This document shows positions 57,226-64,000 of a stretch of 64,000 bases of DNA, piece by piece. The stretch is taken from positions 496,001 to 560,000 of the forward strand of contig JBDOQK010000010.1 in NCBI GenBank assembly GCA_040437565.1. Reading direction: 5' to 3'. Position numbers and translations under genes: made by a program. The notes under the pieces are model-generated. The model searched no databases and was not told the origin of the DNA. It was given only the letters and a program-made list of their open reading frames with translations. The DNA is from Albugo candida. Its lineage: Eukaryota. Within the stretch, counting starts at the first letter, position 1. Each line of letters opens with the position of its first letter.

Positions 57226-59425
57226 ATGAAGGACGACCTTCCCGACGTCGCTTCACCGAATCATTTTCATCAGGCTGAGGCCCCAAAGCAAGATCTCCGA
57301 GGTTGACTGAATGCATAATACGCACACTGCGCTTCTCATTCGAAAATGTAGTCGTACTACAAATCTTACTCTGTTCGTTGGACTCAATAGGTGGACAGAG
57401 AGAACAACTATTTGCTCAGGGTAAGAATCGTGCATTCTCCTAGCCGAACCTCATATAAAATCTTTGCTACGAAGTGAACCGGGATATCGCGCTATTTTCC
57501 CGGGTACTCTCGTTCTTGCAAGTGGAGCAATTACTGATCTGGGCTTCTTCATTCAGGATTATCTCCCAGTAATCATCAAAGTGTTAGGACGAACACTTGG
57601 TCAACATGGCTTTGCGGAATCCTCTCGTGGCCTTTGTGACTTTGTCAAGCTTCTTGGAGATGTTGGCAGTAACCAAACAGATCCAGGTATCTTGCAAGAA
57701 CTAATTGCTTTACGCAAAGTGTTGACACCCACCGGAAAATGGGTTGCAAATGATCGCGAGTTGGAAGATAAGAAAGAGCACACTAGGAAAGAGGAATTAC
57801 CGGACCATTTATTTGAAACAGTAGAAGATAATATACGAAATGAACTCACACAAGACACGCATGTCAATTCGGATAAGGCGGCAGCCCAGAACGTAACTCC
57901 CGTGATCGTGTCATCACCACCACGGAAGCTAGTTGTGTCCAAAGGAGATCGAGTGAGGCTTGAGGTTCGGGCGAAACATACAAGGTCTTGCCAATGGTTT
58001 TGCAATGGAAAGGTGGTGTGTCAGGACTTGAGGGAGAAGGCGATGCGGCGACAACCAAACGCTCTGATTATTCCTTCGTTCGGCAAGCATCTGATCGGTG
58101 ATTACACTTGTCGCTGCAGCAACGGTAAAAGCTACAGCGAAACAACATCTTGCCATGTAACATTGGCAAAATTTCATGCAACACAAGTAGCGACTCTCAA
58201 TTTAAGTGGACAGCCGCATTGCGATCTGATGATGGTCTCCCTGTACCCGTCTCGTGGTGCCAATTGTGTTCCTATCAAAGCAATAGCTCTCTGTCTACGT
58301 GGCTCACTTTGCTTTTATGAGCAGAATGATTTTTCAAAATTACATTGGCTCACCGTTAACGAACACTCAAAAGTCGATACGATCGAAAGGCTGCGATGCA
58401 TTTCACTGGATGAGAATTCGAATCTCATGATACTCGCAAAAAGCTCTGAAATCATTCTCACCTCACTTGAGCTTCTCCGACCAAACAGCTGCCACTCAGA
58501 AAAAGATATCTCGGAAGAAGATCGATCCTCTTCGACAGTATGCGTGAATGTTTTGAGACATGTTGCTCTCAGGCCTTCCTGCCCAGAGAGTTCCAGCAAT
58601 GATCTACGCACAAATTCCATCCAATTCGTGCAATTTATTGCCCGAGGAAATTTTATCCTTGTTTCGGACATGTATGGCACGATCTTGATTTATTCTGTCG
58701 ACAAGATCTTGAAATCCATAGAAACTGCATGTATCCATCAAATCCATTTTTCTAATCAGAAAGTGTGTGGTTTGCATGGAAGTGCACACGCACCATTATT
58801 CACAGTTTGTTTCGATGGTACGAACCAAGTCAAGGTGTTTGAGATACGTAAACGAAGGAATTTCTCGGATATCAATCCGAATCAATACTCTTTGATGCTT
58901 TGCCAAAAAATTCAGCTTAAGCTGAACGCGACTTCTGCTTTTCTGGATGACTACGGTTTCCACATTGCAGTGGAAGAATACAGCTGCCTCAAATCATGGC
59001 TATCCATCCACAGTCTTCGCAAACGACCAATGCAAGGTTCATCAGCCATATGCGGTAGCCGAAAGAGGATTTTTGCTCATGACGGTAGAATCTCAACAAT
59101 AAAATGGCTGACGCAGTGGAGCGGATGGGTCGATTTGCTGGTATCTGCCGGATGCTCGGACGGATATGTTAGATTCTGGGATTTTGAACGGAATACGTGT
59201 TTGTATCAATTCAATCTTCACGAGCGAGGAATTTCAAGGTTTCAAGTTCGAACTGATGGACTGTTTTATTGTTTGCTATACAAAGAAAATCAGGTGACAT
59301 TGATTCGGCTAAAAGCTTGGAAAAAGTTGCACAAAACGCGGTTGAGGCAAAAGTACGACACAGCTGCGAAAACGATTCATCAAGTATGGAAAGGATTTTG
59401 CGTAAGACGGCAGATTCGACCATGA
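57226..59425 (+). CDS. Protein-C10 domain + immunoglobulin I-set-like domain + WD40 propeller + IQ motif (~680 aa); exons 57226-57301, 57352-57420, 57475-57503, 57557-59425
   Basis: Three GT-AG introns of 50-54 nt keep frame. Ig: PVIVSSPP..VVSKGDRVRLEVRA...QWFCNG...LII...GDYTCRCSN. WD40: AHDGRISTIKW...SAGCSDGYVRFWD. IQ: AAKTIHQVWKGFCVRR. Confidence 0.78.
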
Positions 59426-59652
59426 AAGGAGATATTTCTACTTTAAATACCCATCATTTCAGGTAATCTAAGACATAGACACAATGGAGGTTGAGGCAAT
59501 CAACAGCGCTTTTCAAAACTTTATAACTCTTTGAATACTCGACACATTGCCGCGGCTTTTCGATCTTGGTATATCAAAAACACCCCTCTCATAAGCCTCA
59601 AAAACGATGGCCTTATCGAAATTTGCATTGATTACCGAAGACAGCGATGCCC

Positions 59653-60620
59653 CTAACACGGCCTCGAAAGTCTAATCACCTTCAAATGAACGGTAGGTGA
59701 AAACGCGAAAGCACCTTCAACGACGATCTTATACTGGTATTTACAGACTTTGATATCGCTACTAGACTTCCTATGCTTTGTGCTCTCATGGTTGTGATTT
59801 CCCTTGACGGGCGAGATATATGTACTGGGAGTTCCGTGACAGTGTATTACCTGCATCGTTGAACCACTAGTACACTCCATTGCACCAAACTGGTGATAAC
59901 AACTTTGGTAACGGAATCATGATGTATGATAATTATCGTTCCCACTTGAAGCATCTTTTTCTAGAATGGAAAGGTCTGTTTTACAAGACCATGCAACAAG
60001 CACTCGGACACTACCTTCACAACTCACACATATTAAGGCATTAAGGTCGTTACTTTGCCAGGTTTTGGGATAGTCCAGTCCAATAAATTCGGCAAGACAT
60101 CTTGTGAACACCGCATACCATCAGAAGCCTGCGCACAAGGTATGGAATAATATCTTGTGACATTCGTAGGTCTGACGCGACACTAATGCTAGAACATTTC
60201 GCATATGGTAATAATGTATTAGTGATTCTGAATGAGGTCGCTGTACAACACGGCTTTGTAGTTGCTTTTTTTCCAATTCTGATACTTAAGCGTTTTTATC
60301 AAAAAAGAAGCGCTTCTTGTGCTACCATTGATAGCTTGATCATTTTACGAAATTAGGTGTGGTCTTTGATACATTGGGCAGGTTGGGCGTGAAGAAGCAC
60401 AGCTTTTATTCACTTTTTGCTACAAGGCAATATGCTCTCAAGCATAACCGGAGGTTCTTTTGGACTCAGTGTTGAGTTTGCTTGCTCTCAAAGACAATCC
60501 ATTCAAAAAGTCAATGTCAAGAATCCGTTAAACTCGACCATCACGCTGTACTGGCCAGGGATCTTTTCCAGATAGCATGGTGAATAATAAAAATGACGAA
60601 GCCCGATTACAGAAGCCCAT
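59653..60620 (-). pseudogene. Possible CCG-like secreted protein pseudogene
   Basis: Hydrophobic start MGFCNRASSFLLFTML; F*MDCL*EQA at ~60479-60508 and FTRCLAEFIG at 60079-60108 look like mutated CxxCxxxxxG motifs; many stops. Confidence 0.3.
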
Positions 60621-62713
60621 TGTTAGCTTCACGGATGTGTCGCTAGAATGGGCAGCCTGCACTTGTTTGTGTCCTTTTATGATCTGATCAGTGCTATTGT
60701 TCCGTCCTGTATTTTCATGACATGAGAAGATTCTCTCGTATAATTATTATTTTAGAAATCTCTCAAAAGAGTGGAGCCACAATATTCGAGTCGGTATTGA
60801 TGGAACGAGGTCGTTTATTGCCTGGCTGGTGCTTTTTTCGGATAGTGATGATCTTACAGATCCGTTCGACCAAGTGAGGTATCATTTCACAATTACATCA
60901 ATGACTTTCCTTGACCAGCAAACAAGTATGCCGTCGTAATTCTCAATCATAAGATGCGAATTCTGAATACATTAATACTAAAACGTAATACAGAGCTTCA
61001 CGAGAATTCTACTCACCATGGCGTCGCGAACCCCCCTATCTTTGGTTATTTTTGGAAGAAGTGATCCGTCTTTATCTACGTTGGGTTACAACACTACGTC
61101 GCTGGTGTGATGTCTTTTTTTGGTAGAGTGTTGTTCAAAATCTCCTCTTCATATTTCTCGTTACCGAGTTCTTCACCCATCACCATACACCTAATCTGCT
61201 TTTGAAGCCACCATGGGCTGCTGTAGTTGAATGTTGTGAGAATTGGGCTAGAGACAGGATTTGAATGGAATCGTATCGCCACTTCACGTTTGGTGAGAGA
61301 ATAGTTGACTTCATACACTGAGTGATAAATATCACAACTTTGACAGCGGACATTTGCGTGCATTCTACCCATCAGAAGTTGCTGGAGGCGAAGGTGATCC
61401 TTCACGCCGACTGAAAATCATCGAGACTCAACATGTGCTGTACGCGACACCAGGCGAGCATACCACATAATCATATGTATTCCAGTCATCTGCTACTGCT
61501 AAAGGCGACATGCAGCAAATGAAGCATTATCTTCACCCAGTCATGATACATCAAGCCCGCTGGTGATCGACCAAGGGAGAGAACAGTGTGCGCAGGCTGT
61601 AAAATGCCTTGCAAGACGCATCAGGGAAAAGCGCTGACTTTGATGTAGCCGATTTGTACGTACGTTTAGGTCTAAACTATGGTGCGAGACCCAATACCGA
61701 CTAGATGTGCTTCTTTTGTTTTCCTCAGTTACTACACTTGCTTGCTTCGAACCCATATCAGATAAAGCAAGCTTCGCTTTGGGAAAAATTGTGCTGGTCG
61801 AGAAATGCGTGATTTTTACTTGAATGGCTTCAACAACCTCCATTGTACATGCATACATAGTTCTATATAGTTGGAGAACTGGATTAGCCAATCAGATAGG
61901 TGAACCAGGATTCTTTAATTGAAAATCTCCCTTTTCATTTTTTATTAAGGCTCCGCCAACAAATATCTTCCTCTGCTTCCTCCTGCCGGCGTTACAACTG
62001 GTAGCACTTGTTGGTCCCATGAATCAAATGTCGTTGGTCGTCCGGAAGGAGTTTTTCTTACGCGCTGTTTAGCGTCAACGCATTGGGAAAGCCGTTCGCC
62101 GAGTGTTTGTCGTTTGCTCCGGCTCTATTTGGTTGATTTTTTTTTGTTTTTGTTGGGTTATCATGACTTCATTGAGCCCCCAAGGACTTCTCAATTTACC
62201 GGATACTAAGTAACCCGCTAATTTAGTAAAAAAAACCTCGAAAAAACAACTTTTTTCAACTCTTTCCTCTCGAAAACAATGGTTCAAGTCGACATATCGA
62301 GACAACCCAGGGTGCTAGCGTCCACTTGTAGTGACGTGGCAACCCTCATGAGTCATCTTGTTTTGGGTGATTGCATGTTTGTAGATGAGTCATCACCCCT
62401 GTGTGATGACGTGGAAAGTACCCCCACCCCCAGTGTGACGGTACAGGGTAATACATGTACTACCGGTGTCGGATGTGGTAGCGGTCGTACATGCGGTACT
62501 GTCGTTGCCTCGTCACAGGGTGACCAAAAGGCAACTGCAACTGTGGACGACACTAACAGTCCTACTCTTGCTGACCTTATCAAGTCACAGGAGTCCTTGC
62601 GTAAGGACCAGGCNNNNNNNNNNNNNNNNNNNNNNNNNNNNNNNNNNNNNNNNNNNNNNNNNNNNNNNNNNNNNNNNNNNNNNNNNNNNNNNNNNNNNNN
62701 NNNNNNNNNNNNN

Positions 62714-63739
62714 TCACGGGAGAGATCGGACGCACTGGATTCAGAACGAGTTCGAACTTTTATGGCTACATCACGGCATCTTCGAAAACGTGTATTACCA
62801 ATTTTCGAGGATTTACAGTTTCGTCTAGCCTTCCGAATGCTGCCAGTTCGATCTCGTTTCTGGTTCCTGAAGGATTTTCTGCCCGACTCATATTGTGCAC
62901 GCAGCCTTCGTCTGGGGCAGTGGAATCCGATCAACATCTCTTTTTAGATTGCGATCACACGGCACAGTTATGGAGGGAGTTACTCCCTAGTTGGAATCAG
63001 TTTTTCTCCTCTCGACCACGTTGGACGCATATTGAATGTGCAATCGTATCAACACTACGGTCGGATTGGAAAGACTATTTCGACATTATCTCCGATTTAT
63101 GGCTTGCATTGCAAGCGGTGACAATGCACTTCGTATGGACAGATCGGAATCGTCTTTTGTTCGATCAGCGATCAGCGATCAGCAACTCCGACAGTTCCAG
63201 CACTTTCCGTCATTTACACCACGTTTAGTGCGCACGTTCGGTACTTTCGAAGACAATGTTACGATCAAGACGAACGCAGTCGCCTTGCAAAGGTGCTGGA
63301 TCAACTCGTAAAGCAAGGATCATTTGGTGGATTTTTCAGAAGTCGAAGATCATTACTGCGGGTACGGCACAGGCGAGTGGAAAGGCAAGTGCAACTCGGG
63401 TCCTAGTCCTAGTTGGATGGCATTGTTCAGCATAGTGTGGCGCACACCACTTTGCACAGCACGGTACTTTTGGACCATACTACAATACACGGTAGTTTTG
63501 GACCAGTTTTTCACAACTTTTTACAACTTTCAACATTTATCCGTTACACGATGGATACAATCTCGTACTGTAGTGGTGAACGCTACCGCACTGCAGGACT
63601 AGCAACGAGGAACATATTGTCATCTCTCACAGGTATTTCACGAAACGTTTTTTATATGTATATATGTTATTTAAGATAGCCTAGGCAACTAGAGAAGTCA
63701 GTTTAGTCTAATTCTAGTAATATAGACACCTTCAACTGA
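62714..63739 (+). mobile_element. Non-LTR retrotransposon (L1/Tx1-like) relic: ORF2 C-terminus with zf-RVT region plus 3' UTR
   Basis: DLQFRLAFRMLPVRSRF...C...GAVESDQHLFLDCDHTAQLW...HFVWTDRNRLLFD. Frameshifts near 62890 and at a cgatcag x3 expansion (~63162-63183); stop near 63406. The ORF at 62279-62613 before the gap may belong to the element. Confidence 0.85.
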
Positions 63740-63950
63740 TATCCCGACAGCTTTTTTTTATTACATTTTTATTTTTCGTATTAAATTACATCATGCCTAC
63801 TTTTATTATTACTCCCACAACTTTTTTGGGACAATAATTAATGGGTATTGATATCCCGACAACTTCTTTTTAAATAACATTTATTTTTAATTTAGATTAC
63901 GTCATGCCTACTTGAATTATTACTCCCAAACTTCTCTGAAAAATAAGTAA
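63737..63950. repeat. Two diverged ~112-bp AT-rich direct repeats
   Basis: tgatatcccgaca...ttac.tcatgcctactt..attattactccca starts at 63737 and at 63849. Confidence 0.85.
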
Positions 63951-64000
63951 GTTCACATTTATAACTAGTAGAAGTCATTTACGTCTAAGGCTAATCTGGT

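Noticed and set aside
1-64000. tRNA, rRNA, snRNA genes and U12-type introns
   Set aside because: None recognised by eye; all introns I resolved were GT-AG without a GTATCCTT donor. tRNAscan-SE and Infernal would be needed to exclude them.

Overview
Gene-dense eukaryotic scaffold with short (~50-75 nt) GT-AG introns. Gene content (START-FYVE family, C2-DEP-AGC kinase, CxxC-rich effector-like relics) suggests an oomycete, most plausibly Albugo; this is inference. It holds about 18 protein genes: a >9 kb single-exon VPS13 absent from the ORF track, TXNDC9/PhLP3, RPUSD1-like, UBAC2-like, an AGC kinase, two divergent START-FYVE genes, HTATSF1-like, a pepsin-fold pseudoprotease, ATG1/ULK, NAA20, B-box-SAM, BAR-like, panB, ZRSR2, CCDC22, a PDZ protein and HYPK. 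Also present are a decayed TIR/TA-flanked DDE transposon, a LINE relic and probable CCG-type effector pseudogenes. Eight of the ten 100-N gaps are flanked by exact duplications, which are assembly artefacts. The most unusual items are three domain fusions: (1) permuted NlpC/P60 enzyme + two cNMP-binding domains + EF-hand-like motif + complete mitochondrial carrier (46141-50149); (2) Protein-C10 + immunoglobulin + WD40 + IQ (57226-59425), visible only after splicing three small 5' exons; (3) an HMG box inserted in a pseudouridine synthase. All domain calls are by-eye motif recognition; no searches were run.
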